A stretch of 57,593 nt of DNA, the filler included, from Dugesia japonica (Eukaryota): the NCBI GenBank assembly GCA_001938525.1. It is 5 parts of 5 records of this genome, joined end to end, with 100 filler letters (N's around TTAATTAATTAA, not from the genome) between each part and the next. Parts side by side here need not be neighbours in the genome. Positions count along the whole stretch, not along the records: positions 1 to 8,844 come from MQRL01600199.1; positions 8,945 to 21,781 come from MQRL01593335.1; 3 more parts are not named here. One strand, given 5' to 3'. Positions within the stretch are counted from its first letter, which is position 1. Each line of letters begins with the position of its first letter. This document shows, piece by piece, positions 1-12,240 of this stretch. The translations under genes were made by a program, and so were the position numbers. A model generated the notes under the pieces. That model saw only the letters and a list, made by a program, of their open reading frames with translations, was not told where the DNA came from and ran no database searches.

Positions 1-1090
1 ATTTTATCTTTAAAGTTTAGTATTTGAAATTAATGTATACAACAGACGACCAGTTTGGGGTGCATGGATAGAAATAGTCACACTAGAATCTATGAAAAAC
101 ATGCAAAATTTTATATAAGCAAATTACAAATTAAAACTTATTAAAATGATTTTCTAATTATAGTTAGAAATATGAATTTTAAGTTGCCACATTAAGTTAA
201 CATAATGTATCAAACATTTCTAGAAACTTGACACCATAAAATATGTTATAATGCAATGAAATATTTCTCAAAACCAAATTTATCAAAACTGCTTGCAAAT
301 TAAGAAAATGGTAAAAATTCAAAATTCAAAAACTGAAAATAAGTTGATGAAAAAATAAAATTAAATAAAAATTATTTTATATTTTGTGATATTTTAGGAA
401 TATTTTTTTATGGAAAATATAAATTCCTTTGGATAATATCATAGTAATTTTTATGGATTTTTAAAATGTTTTCTATTTTTCATGATGCCCTGCCTTCAAA
501 ATATCTAATATCTTCGAGTTTATTCTGAAGATTTAAAAATCAAATATATTATATTTAATTTATTTTTGTGCCAATTTAAATACTCAAAAAATAATTAACA
601 AAATTTGAAATTAAAATTTTAGAATCAATATTATTAGGTATTTGCTTTTAAAATATTTAAATTTTAATATTAAAATTTCTCTTAAATTTTATGTTGTTCT
701 ATTTTAAGTTTCATAATTGTATGTGTTTAATATAAAAATTTTTTTAACAAAATTAGTTTTTGAAATTTATTTTTAAGATAAATGTAATAAAAAAGAATTA
801 TTTGTTTAAACTAATTATTAAAGGTAGAAAATTGCAAAGGACATTTTTGAAGGTAAACGTACAGATAAAGTCAGAAGAATTTGAAAGAGTAGAATTGTTT
901 GAATTAATTAAATTTAGATTGGAAATTGTTGAAATTATTGATTTAATAAAATGACAAAAATAGCAATGGCTAATTAATACAAATACCAACTTCAAAAATA
1001 TTAAGTAAATAAAATATAGTGCAAACCAATTAATAATGCAACTACTACCACTTTCAAATTGTAAAAAAGTAGATTTTTAATAAATCAATA

Positions 1091-2219
1091 CGAGGGGGGG
1101 TCTGAAAAGTTTTTAGCTTAACCCATACAAAATATTTGAAAAAAAGAGAAAACCAGTATTTTTATTCAATGTATTCTCCCAAACAATTAATACACTTATT
1201 ACATCTTTTTCTAATGAAGCTATGCCTTCATAGTAGAAGTTCGCTGATTGGGCTTCGTAGTTTCGATGACATCACTGTTTGCTTCGAAATGCTTTCCTAT
1301 CAACATTTTCTTAAAATATAAAAACAAAAAATGATCGGACGGAGCCAAATCAGGAGAATAGACTGGATGTTCTAAAATTTGAAAACCAATATTTTGAATT
1401 GTATTCAATGTCTGTAAGGCGGTGTATGCAGGTGCATTGTCCTGAAAATATTGAATACCATTTCTTAAATTTCCAGGTCGTTTTTGTTTTAATTTTTCTT
1501 TAACTTTGACCAATAAATAATTTTTTAAAGATAGAATTTATCGTTGAGCCTTTTTCTAAAAAGTCCATCACTACAAAGCCTTTGCAATCCCAGAAAACAG
1601 TAGCTAAGACTTTTCCTACAGACTTTTGTCTTCGGAATTTTTTGGGTCGGAGCGATCCGGAATGCCTCCACTCCTTGAATTGTTGTTTGGTTTCAGGATC
1701 AAAGATATGCAACCAGGTTTCATCGACAGTTAGAATTTGATTAATAAATTTACTTTTATCCCTTGCAAAATGTGAAAGAATCAGCTTTGAACTCTGCACT
1801 CGTCTTTGGTTCTGATCAGAATTCAGGCATTTAGGGATCCATTTTGCAGAAAGCTTATTCATATCCAAATTTTCGTGAATGATTTTACCAACACGTCCTT
1901 TGCATAGCTTTAAGGTCTCAGCAATAATTCTGATTGAAATTCGACGATTTTCAAGAATCATTTCGTGTACTTTTTCAATATTCTCCTGAGTTGATGCAGA
2001 AATTGGTCGTCCGGACCTTGGCTCATCTTCGATGCTTGTTTTGCCTCTCTCAAATGATGATACCCAATTTTTCACTGTTGCATATGACGGGTATGTTTTT
2101 TTTAATATTCTGCTCATATCTACAAATATTTCTTTCGGGCTTAGGTCCTTTAAAAAAAGATATTTTATGACAGCCCGATATTCAACTTTTTCAAAAAATT
2201 TTAATTCATCCAAAGTCAT
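1091..2219 (-). mobile_element. Mariner (DD34D) transposon, irritans/Himar1-like, frameshifted; only the 3' TIR is visible
   Basis: ORFs 1500-2219 and 1220-1513 give KWIPK, TVDETW, KSVGKVLATVFWD, YFQDNAPAY and YSPDLAPSDHFLF. The C-terminus ...EKRCNKCINCLGEYIE* is in another frame ending ~1162. TA|CGAGGGGGGGTCTGAAAAGT at 1089-1110 is a mariner-type TIR. No matching 5' TIR found. Lies in an intron of the KDM3-like gene. Confidence 0.92.
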
Positions 2220-2400
2220 TTACTAAAACAAAAATTACTATTAATTAAATGATAAAAATATAATAATCGATTTATTAATGCTAAATAAAGAATGAATTTT
2301 GTATTTTAGTAATTATGTCAACGAATGGATCTAGTTTCTGATTAATAAAAATGCAAGAATTTTAATAAATAATTATTGATAAATTATCCGGAGATATCAT

Positions 2401-2445
2401 TAAATTTTCGAATTGCCTTTCGACAATTGCCTTCTTCGTCAAATC
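2401..2445 (-). ncRNA. Degenerate hammerhead-ribozyme-like motif (PLE-type)
   Basis: Minus strand reads TTGACGA-A-GAAGGCAATTGTC-GAAA-GGCAATTC-GAAA-ATTT. This is a core with C3>T and a stem II capped by GAAA, carrying an internal duplication. Stem I is not convincing. Confidence 0.35.
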
Positions 2446-2487
2446 ATTTTTAACAATAAATAATTATTTAGGAATTAATAATAATGT

Positions 2488-2638
2488 GATTTCATTAAAA
2501 TAAAGAAAAAGCTTCGATCAAAATAAAATGTATTTGTAATAAAGTTCAAATTTTCGACAATAGTCGAAATTTGAAATCTCAAATGCGATCAATGGTCAAG
2601 TCCAACAATTATTCTCACAATAATTGTAATTATAAAAC
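2488..2638 (+). mobile_element. Fold-back/hammerhead-derived short retroelement copy (truncated; fold-back at stem II)
   Basis: Shares AAAGCTTCGATCAAAAT and the tail CAATGGT.A.GTCCAACAATTATTCTC.CAATAATTGTAATT with four other copies. TSD TAATAATA(A/C)TGT at 2476-2487 and 2639-2650. Confidence 0.75.
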
Positions 2639-2697
2639 TAATAATACTGTATTTTTCTAAATTGAATAGATAGAATAAATTATAAAAATAAAATTAC

Positions 2698-3016
2698 CTG
2701 AAATATTTTAATATTATCTGGATTTTGAGCATTATGCAACCGAATGATCTTAAAATTGGATGACACATATATCCAAGAATAAAGAGTATTCGAATCTGAA
2801 TCTGAAGGCTTCAATGATGTTAATTCTTGATTTTGACTATTTGGATATTGAACATTTTCTGGATGATGTGGAGGACTAAGGACAGGTGGTGGTCTCAATG
2901 AACTACAATTAGATTTGATTTTATCATTAGATTCTGTTTGTGCAGAATTTTTATTTTCTCCGTTAACAACCTCCTTCAAAGCTAGATCAGCCAATAAATG
3001 CAGATCATTTTCACAA
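2698..3016 (-). CDS. KDM3: KDM3/JMJD1-family histone demethylase, internal exon (LHLLADLA motif and pre-JmjC segment)
   Basis: NDLHLLADLALKE and WIYVSSNFKIIRLHNAQNPDNIKIFQ resemble the KDM3 LHWLADLA and LLCLHDPSNKNNWKIF segments. Acceptor tttgtAG and donor GTaatt are phase-consistent with the upstream exon. The JmjC exons were not found and probably lie left of the window. Confidence 0.8.
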
Positions 3017-3631
3017 CTACAAAAGATAAAGTCACATGAAAATACTTTAAATCTAGAATACAATTAATATATATATTAATAAATATATAATATTTACCGC
3101 ATTTTCAAAAATATAATTCGTATTTAATGTATTTAAATTTGTTAAATTTTGAAAAATTTCTAGATGATCAACTTTAGTTATTTATATCAAACCATAATTA
3201 ATAATAACAAATAATTATAATTTTAGTCATTTATTTAATATTCGAATAATCCATTTAAAACTATCATTACCATACTCTTGGAATACGAGTAGAATTACAT
3301 AATTTTCAGAGATTTTTTTAGTAGAAATACAAATAGATTTCATATAAACTTTTGAATTTGTATTGAACTTTGTCCCATAACAAATTAATTTGACTTTACA
3401 AAAGAACTATATTAAGTATTTGTTCCAAAATTAATCAAAACCACAATGATTTATAATCAATAAATTTTAAGCATTAAAACTTTAATTTAATGATTAAATT
3501 TAAATTTAATCCATTCATTATTTTTATTTTAATATTGTAAAAATACACAAATAATTATTTGAGAATATTTTTGAAAGATTTGATAATATTCAAAAAAACA
3601 ACATAATTTGGATTTTCAATAAAAAGTTAAC

Positions 3632-3929
3632 CTCATCGAACTTGATTCAATAACAGGAAGAGAATCTGAAGATATTTGTTTTGATAATTTTGGTGATTTT
3701 TCACCTTTAGATTTCGATAAACAATTACACCTGAGTTTCAGATTAAACATTTTCGCTACAGTGTGCATTCGATTTCTCAGTTCACTTATGACTTTGATTG
3801 GTATCAATTCAACTTTTAGTAATTGATCGGGAATGTGTGGTTGGCGATTGGCAGTGCATACAGCCCACACATGATCGTTGCTATAAAGTCGATTTCTGCT
3901 AGCACCACGAGTATTTTGGTGAACGGCAT
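3632..3929 (-). CDS. KDM3: KDM3/JMJD1-family histone demethylase, internal exon
   Basis: WAVCTANRQPHIPDQLLKVELIP...MHTVAKMFNLKLRCNC matches the KDM3 pattern W..C..GQ.H.P..L..TQIIP...H......I...CPC. Acceptor ttcAG and donor GTtaac; phases 1 to 2 fit both neighbouring exons. Confidence 0.85.
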
Positions 3930-6510
3930 CTGAATGTTAAGTTGTATATAAGCATAAGATAAATGACACTATTTTTAAATTTAATTTCGTTTATATTATA
4001 AGATGTGTATAAAATAATAATTATTTCTTCGATTTATCAATCTTACTATTCACTACAAATATTTAATTTTAATATAATAAATCACAATAATAATTATTAA
4101 ATGAAATCGGTTTCTGAGAGAACTTTTATTGCGTTTCTTGTTGCTTCAGATAGTTCTTTAATTTTGACCATTTTGAAGATGATTTTATTGGTTTTTTTAC
4201 AGTTATATATTAAAATATTTTTAGTCGATAGGATGAATAAAAAATCAATGTAAAGATAAATTGCTTACTTTTTTTACTTCGATAATTAAAATGCATTACT
4301 TTTTGGAATTGATAATTTACTTAATGCGGTATAAACTCGTATAAAATTAATTTTCAAAATAATTTGTATTTTTATAGATACCTATCGTTGAGATTTACAT
4401 AAATATATAATTATATATGTACAGTTGTTTTCATTTCGTAATTTATAGACAAAATCCAAAATATGCAATACTTTTGTAATAACTGTAANNNNNNNNNNNN
4501 NNNNNNNNNNNNNNNNNGTAAATGGTATTTCTATTCATTTTTGTTTATAAATTTTCTTAGAAACAGTTTCAATTTTAATTTACTTTCAAAACAGAAAAGT
4601 ATTTAAGAGAAAAACGAAAAAAATGTATTATATTGAATGTGCTTTAGAAAATTTTTCATATTTTAATCAATATAATAACTGAAAAATTAATTTAATAGGT
4701 TAGATCTCATAAACAAAACAGTAAATAAAATTACATATACTAACAAAAAATTGAACTTAATTTTTCTATCAGTAAAAAACTGAAAATAATTAAGCGAATA
4801 AAAAATATAGAAAATTAAATAATTTAAGAATCCAATTATATTGAGTAAAAAATGTCGGTGGATACATTGTTCTGATAAAACTGTAAATAAAAAATTCATT
4901 GACATGATGTGAATCTAACTGGAATGCTTATAGAAATCAAAATTTTCTCAATTAAAGGGATAGGTAAATTTGTTTTACTTTTCAATGTAATGTGTAAATA
5001 ATATTTTTTTAAAAATGGATATTATTTTATTTTTAATAAAAAATTATCAATTGAAATTAAGAAGTCCCCAAATACTGTAGCTTTGTTTGATTACATGAAA
5101 TACACAAAAAATAAACTATGCAATTTGACAATCAATAAATAATAAGATTTGATAGATATCAAGTTAATAAATAAGTAAATTTCAAAGTTTATTATTTAAA
5201 ATTAATTGCCATTTAGCTTATGAAAATGCAGTGCCAGGTTGAAAAAATAAACATTTCCGGCATTTGTTAGATGAGTTTTGAGAACTCCTCGGATTATCAA
5301 CATCAAAATTCAACTCCATAAAATTTATTTCAAATAAAAAATTAAATGACATAATTATTTGTTTATTCAAACAAATTAAAACTTCATGCTCTAATTGAAA
5401 ACTATTTTTTAATAGATTTAAAATTTCAGATTGAATTCAAAACTCATTTAAAGATTTTTTTGAAAAAAAATAATTTCAAAATCAAATGAAAATTTTAATT
5501 CAAACTTCTATTCAAAATAATTATTTTAACTTCTTAATTAATTTGTGATTTTTAATTTTTTTAAAAAGATTTTTAAAGAAACAGTTTCCAATCAAAGCAC
5601 AAAAATTTCAACTCGCTTTTCAAAACATAAAAAATTATTTTACATTTGTTTTATAATCTTCACTTTTTTAAATTAAGTATTATAATAAATTGATGGCTTA
5701 ACAAAAAATCAAAATGAAAAAAAATTATTTTTTGGCCGCAATATTTTACAAAACAAAACAATAGATATGGAATTTTAACTTGGGAAACAAAAATTTATGA
5801 AAAATAGATTTCAAGCTTTTAATTATCACAATTAAATCATGAATATTTGAGGTGTGCAAATAACAATTGAGTGGATTTTGAGCTTGGTGTGTATAACACT
5901 GTCTGAATTTAAGTATTAACTAAGATCATAAAACTTTCTATAATATATTAAAGAAACTAATGGGACATTTTCATTTGGAATTACATTTTAATGAAACAAA
6001 GTAGATTGTTTAATTCTTTCGCACCTATTGGGATAATATATCCCAGAGAAAGTTTAAAGATACCTAATTTCACTTTAAAGTTAAAAATTTCTATTGGAAT
6101 TATATTGTTCCAGGATAATTGAAGAATATACAGGGGAAAAATTACTCAAACCCCATAAAATTTGCCATCACGCTACATTACCAGACTGAAGAATTTTAAG
6201 ATTCTTTAATTTTTTTGTAATTTCCTTTAATTTCGTAGTTTTTTTTATTGAATAAATCGAATTTCATGATTGCGCAATTTTACTTCCATGTTATAATCAT
6301 TAGACATAAAATTAAACGCTGCGTAAGCAAGGGATCACCCTTGTATAACGAGTTAAAGAAAATACTTAATTGTGACATTCACATTTAAAATTTCTATTTG
6401 TTAAAAGACGTATTGCATTTTTCTAGTCTTAGATATAAAAAAAACTCATAATTTGTAAAATTAATAAATATGATCAATTCAAAATTTATAATTATCAGAA
6501 AAAACCTTAC

Positions 6511-6939
6511 TATTTTTACTTCTTGCAAATGGAGCGATTGAATTATTGGTTTTTGGTGTCGATTCAATAACCTTTTCTTTAGCATCTTGGGGTATTGATT
6601 TATCCTGACGTTCGTTAAAGCAATCAACGCAAACTGAATAACCGCATTTTCGACAAGCCCAATGTGTGTTAAAAATACTAGTCTCACAAACATCACACAT
6701 TTCTCTTACTCCTTGAACTGGTCTTTTCCAAACTAATCCATTGAATTCCGGTTTGTTAGAATATTTAGATCCATTTACTACAAACGGTTTCTTTCTGTTT
6801 ACTAACTTGATATCGGTATCTTCGATTGCTTCGTAACAATCTTTAACAAACTGGTTTTCATTTTCAATAACTTGGCAAAATATTTCACTCAATGATTCAA
6901 TGATATACGAAGCTGTTGAAATTGAAAGATCTGAATTCA
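6511..6939 (-). CDS. KDM3: KDM3/JMJD1-family histone demethylase, zinc-finger exon
   Basis: WKRPVQGVREMCDVCETSIFNTHWACRKCGYSVCVDCF is the diagnostic KDM3 zinc finger. Acceptor tatcAG and donor GTaagg; exon is 429 nt, phase 1/1. Confidence 0.93.
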
Positions 6940-7057
6940 CTGATAAAAAAATTAAATAAATAAATATAGAATATAATTATTTTCTACATTAATATTATTT
7001 TTCAGGAGAAAATAATGAAAGGAAACTAATTTAAATCTTGAATCATGAAATATTTAA

Positions 7058-7058
<1 letters not shown>

Positions 7059-7121
<63 letters not shown>

Positions 7122-7220
7122 NNNNNNNNNNNNNNNNNNNNNNNNNNNNNNNNNNNNNNNNNNNNNNNNNNNNNNNNNNNNNNNNNNNNNATAATAATAA
7201 TAATAATGCTAATAATAATT
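7059..7220. repeat. (AAT)n microsatellite spanning an N gap
   Basis: Direct read of an AATAATAAT run on both sides of the Ns. Confidence 0.95.
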
Positions 7221-8444
7221 AAGTTAGTAAATATTTAAACAAAATCTATATAACAATAAAGATGTAAAACATTTAAAAAACTAAATATATTTATATTTAT
7301 ATTTATATGTTTTCATATTAACAACCAATAACCTAATGATATCTTCAATTCAAAAAATATTACTAATATAATGAAAATATATTTATTGTTCTTTAATGCA
7401 TATCCACTAAGAAGATTGACAAATTAAATATCATAATAATCGCGTCAATTACAAATATGACAAAATAAGAGTATTAATAAATTATACTAATTAAAACAGA
7501 ACTACTTTAACAGAATTGATAAAAGAAACCTTCTTCCCATGAATGCTACGATCAGTTGTTATTAAAAAGATAATAGAGAATTTTAGAAGAAAAAATATAT
7601 TATCGATAATCAAATTGCTAATAATTGTTTTACAGAATTTTAAAGATTTCTTTTTAACATGTCTGAATGTCCATTTAAAGCAGGACTCCCAAACGATCTC
7701 TTGGGCCAATTTTGTTAATCAACTGGCTGCAGTGATGTTATAACTGTGTAAAATTAAATGTAAACTTTAATACTTTGTAATACTGCGTAAAACTAAAATT
7801 AATTCAACGTACCTGTTTTAGTACATTTAGTAATTATTGAAAATTACGCTATTTTACATCAGAGTTAAGCTAATTAATTAGCTAAATGTTGATATATTTA
7901 TACTAGTCCTAGTGAAGTATTGCGGACCACATTTAAACACGACGAGGCCGCATGCCCCCCCTTCAAGATATACTATTTCTGAATAGTATAAGTTTTTAGA
8001 ATTAATTAAAATTTTGTATTTATTATGGTAAAATTCTGTTGTTTAAATATTGAAGAAATTTGGAAATGGATTTAAAAAACATTTTATCGATTTATTTTGA
8101 TTGGAATTATTTGTGTGATTTTATTTGATCGTTATCCAGAATTCATCAGAGCTTTGATTATTTATTTCATTGTAAACGTAATTTTTATATTGTTATTTGT
8201 ATATTTGTTAGGTAAATTATTAGTGTATTTAACCAACTGTTAAAGTTTTATAATAAATGTTTGACGAAAAAGAAGACGTTTTTAATAATGGGTATGTAAG
8301 CCCGCTCCCTAAAAAACTTCATTAATAAATAAGTATTAAATAAGAATTTTTACTTTTATTAAGAAATCTTAAATTATATTTATAACATAAATCCTATAAT
8401 AAATATCATAAAAATTATTAAAGAATTTTACCATGGGAACTGAA

Positions 8445-8680
8445 TTTTATAATTACAATTATTGTGAGAATAATTGTTGGACTTAACCATTGATCGCATT
8501 TGAGATTTCATTAAAATGAGAAAAAGCTTCGATCAAAATGAAATGTATTTGTAAAAAAGTTCAAATTTTCGACAATAGTCCTCTTCAGGAACATCTGGTT
8601 TTTGGTTCTATTGTCGAAAATTTGAACTTTTTTACAAATACATTTTATTTTGATCGAAGCGTTTTCTTTATTTTAATGAA
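8445..8680 (-). mobile_element. Fold-back short retroelement copy with minimal hammerhead
   Basis: Inverted repeat of about 80 bp with the family tail on the left. Probable TSD ATGGGAA(CT/AA)GAA at 8433-8444 and 8681-8692. Confidence 0.75.
8559..8592 (-). ncRNA. Minimal type I hammerhead ribozyme motif
   Basis: GTTC-CTGAAGA-G-GAC(TATT)GTC-GAAA-AT-TT-GAAC. Stem I GTTC/GAAC, stem II GAC/GTC, palindromic AATT stem III. Confidence 0.7.
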
Positions 8681-8844
8681 ATGGGAAAAGAAATTCTATT
8701 AATAAGCGTATTTTGCAAAAAATTTTTTATAAATTTGAGACAGCATAAATTAAAATATTCTTATTTGATAAAACGATCTAAAAATAGTTATTTGTTTACT
8801 GGCAAGTATCTAATGATGAATATCAAAGACAAAAAAAAATTACC

Positions 8845-8944
8845 NNNNNNNNNNNNNNNNNNNNNNNNNNNNNNNNNNNNNNNNNNNNTTAATTAATTAA
8901 NNNNNNNNNNNNNNNNNNNNNNNNNNNNNNNNNNNNNNNNNNNN
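8845..8944. other. Artificial scaffold linker N44-TTAATTAATTAA-N44 (also centred at 21826, 31494 and 41108)
   Basis: The same 12-mer, with stops in all six frames, sits inside a 100-bp N block four times. Confidence 0.95.
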
Positions 8945-9486
8945 TTAATAATAATAAAGAATATATTGAAAAAAAATAATTACATTAAAGCTGACAATAA
9001 AATCGAGTTTTAATAAAAAGTATATTTCGATAAGGTTGAGAAATTTTAAAAAATAAACAAAAAAGAAAAAACCAATTTTTGTATGTGAATATAATTTATA
9101 GTTTGAGCTATAGTTTCATTAATTATAGTTTTTAATTATAGTTATTAATAATATTTTATAAAACCTTTCGGAAATTTCATTATAAAAAAATAAATAACGA
9201 CCAATCAAATTGCAACATTTCTGGATCACTCAAATTACTGGATCACTTCGTCTGCGGAGAAAAAGTGATCCAGTGCTTACGTATCCATCTAGTTTAATCA
9301 TATCGTTTATAATTGTGTTTAAATCCAATAATGATCAATCAAGTTTTAATGTGGTTTATATCAGTTCTTTGTTTATATTGCACTCGTGTTGCAAGTATGA
9401 CTAATACTATATCTTATAAACAAATAATAATAGTAATATAAACAATGTATTAAATTATAATTAAATTAAAAGAGAGAAGTTAAGAA

Positions 9487-10095
9487 ATGATGCTGTTTAA
9501 CAAATTATTTGGTGCAAGCGGTAATGGAAAAAACTTTTTTGTATGCAAATTATTGAAATCAAAATTATTCAAATCCAAATTTAACAAAATATATTGGGAT
9601 AGAGATGCAGATGAGGAACATGAATTGACTCAATCAGAATTTTGTAATAAAATAATGAAAATTATGAAGGGATTTGATAAAAACTGGCTCAAGAGATTGA
9701 AACTAGGTGATGTGGTTGTTGTTGATGAACTATACCAGGAAGCTAATAAGAAAAAAGACTAACAATTTATTTACAAAATATCAAAGCACTGTGGCGTGAC
9801 TGCGATATTTATTACACAGAATCTTTTTCATCAAGGTGGATGCCATAGAATGCGTAATTTAAATGTATAATGCCTGGTTATATTTTAAAATCCGCGAAAT
9901 TAAACAGTTGTCGACTTTTTAACAAAGCAGGCGTATCCTAATAACAAACAATTTCTTATTGAGTCGTTCAATGATGCTAAAGTAATATCGCATGGATATC
10001 GTCTTCTCGACTTTACAGAAAAATGTAAAGATGTACTTAGAGTGAAAAATGATATTTTCAACTCAAATTGTAGTACTGTATATAAAAAATGGGTA
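9487..10095 (+). pseudogene. Polinton/Maverick (adintovirus-like) packaging ATPase, disrupted
   Basis: Walker A GASGNGKN and Walker B VVVVDE. After a frameshift: LFTKISKH..VTAIFITQNLFHQGG..R..NLN..LVIF.NPR..FLTKQAYP..FLIESFNDA..HGY.LLD, the characteristic Polinton ATPase motif series. Confidence 0.85.
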
Positions 10096-10469
10096 ATATA
10101 TTTATTTTATTACATGGCAAAATTTGAAACAGTTATAGTGATCAACAGAAAACCAGTCCAAAAGCTGATAAATCAAAACGTCCATGGTTGATGGCGCCAG
10201 CCATAATTGTTTTACAATTGTAAAACAAAAGCTGATAACCTGAAATTAGTTAAGGTGGCTAATTATAACCGTATGTTTGACAGAAAATTTTCTCTTCACT
10301 TTATTTCATTTTAAAAAGATGATTCAATTGAAATCATATCGTTTAAATATATGTATTTTAAAAACGCTAAACATTATTTTGAATTTGAAGATGAATTGTA
10401 CATAAATGATATACAATAATTAAATGAATATTTTTCTAAAAACATTTTAACACCATTTCAAACTTTTTT

Positions 10470-10990
10470 GTTAAAGGAAGGTTAACTATTTCGATTTTCA
10501 TTGGTAAACATTCGATGAAACTTTGACAAAAACACTTATTTTACAAAAATTATTTTCGAAATGGGCTTGATAATTATTTAATTCCTTTATTAGAGTATTT
10601 GGAAGCAAAACCCAGTAAAACGACATAATCCAATGTTCATTTATAAGTAGTATTGTTGAATCAATACGTATCAGAGATATAAGTGTTCCTTTTATTGAGA
10701 TTAAAGGAAGGTTAACTATTTCGATTTTCATTGGTAAACATTCGATGAAACTTTGACAAAAACACTTATTTTAAAAAAATTATTTTCGAAATGGGCTTGA
10801 TAATTATTTAATTCCTTTATTAGAGTATTTGGAAGCAAAACCCAGTAANNNNNNNNNNNNNNNNNNNNNNNNNNNNNNNNNNNNNNNNNNNNNNNNNNTC
10901 CAATGTTCATTTATAAGTAGTATTGTTGAATCAATACGTATCAGAGATATAAGTGTTCCTTTTATTGAGATTTACTATACTTTAAAGAAA
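10470..10990 (+). pseudogene. Probable Polinton minor capsid (penton) remnant, tandemly duplicated next to an N gap
   Basis: MFIY.SIVESIRIRDISVP resembles the minor capsid motif YVY.DI.E...VGD...PLLR. It lies between the ATPase and the MCP. The ~230 bp duplication may be an assembly artefact. Confidence 0.45.
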
Positions 10991-11329
10991 AACAGTATGG
11001 ATAAGGTTGGGTGCAAACTAATAGTTGATTTACGATTACTATCCTTAAACGTATTGGTTCATTTGGGATGTAAACTGATCAAGATGTACTATCTAACTAT
11101 GTAAAATTACTATCAACATTGAAATCTAATGCATTGAGTGAACTTGGTAATGTTATATCTTCCTTGCCTAGTAGAGTAACCATTATGATTCTTAAAGTAG
11201 CAAACGTGTTGCCATCAAGAATCACAAATAAGATACCTACTAAAATAAGTAATATGATAGCAAAGCAATACACTAGTAAAAAATGTAATAAATAAATCTC
11301 ATTGTGTATAAACAAACGAATTAGAGGAC

Positions 11330-11555
11330 GTGGACAACTATCTGAATATGATTTGTGGTAAAACTGAATTGTGTATTTTTGATCGACAATTTCCTCACGC
11401 TGTTATTAAATATGGAGCATTCAAAGATATTTTTCGAATGAATTCAAAATATGAATCGAAATATGATGTAGAGTTTTTCATCAATGTATCGCAAACTGAA
11501 TATCCGGATTTGAATGATTCGTCGTTATATGTACAAGTAAAAGAATTAACCTCAT
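11330..11555 (+). pseudogene. Polinton major capsid protein (double jelly-roll) N-terminal fragment
   Basis: KTELCIFD...VEFFINVSQTEYPDLNDSSLYVQVK matches the Polinton MCP N-terminus KSELDLF...IEF.I....EY.DL..S.LYV..K. Confidence 0.75.
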
Positions 11556-12240
11556 TTTTTAAAATATTTTAAAATTAAATAATGATGCACACAAAATAGA
11601 TAAGAAAATTAAAAGCGGGTAGCAACAAAAATAAGAAAATAGAGAAATATAAAAGAAAGTTAAAGTTTTGATAAAAACATAAATATGGTAGGTAGGATTA
11701 TATACACACATATAGATAAATAGTAGAAAAAAATACACACACAAAATATATAGAAGGGGCAGAAAAAATTGAATACATACAAAGTGATAAAATGTGATGT
11801 ACACACACGCATATAAAACGTGTTTATATTCAAAATTTTGACACAATTTTCTATAAAAAATCGAGAAAAAGCTATAAATTGCTCTAAGTTCTACAAACAA
11901 AGTTAATATTTTTTATAATTTTTATCTTTAGAAAATGAACAATATAAAATATTTAACTACGAAAATGAATATGAATGCTCCAGTTCCTGTTACTGTTCGT
12001 TAAAATAACCTTTAGTTTTTATTAATTTTATGATAGTCCAACGCACAAGAATTTTTGCGCGAATTGGCTGCATAAAGGCGATTTTCATAGTATATGGTGA
12101 AATACTATGCACAATCGTTTTATGAGAAAAAGTAGTATATATGTCCTGTTTGTAGATCAATAAGAATAGGGTCATATATAAATTTTTATAAATTAGATGT
12201 GGATTTTACAGCTTCATTTACAGTGAATAAGGAAAAATGA

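Noticed and set aside
1-1080. Next KDM3 exon (JmjC start)
   Set aside because: No W..GQPV.VS-like peptide found by eye; the gene probably continues beyond the left edge.
7038-7238. Poly-Ile ORF and X-rich ORFs
   Set aside because: Produced by the (AAT)n repeat and N runs.
8889-8900. Recurrent TTAATTAATTAA palindrome (also 21826, 31494, 41108)
   Set aside because: Always centred in a 100-bp N block; it is a scaffolding linker, not biology.
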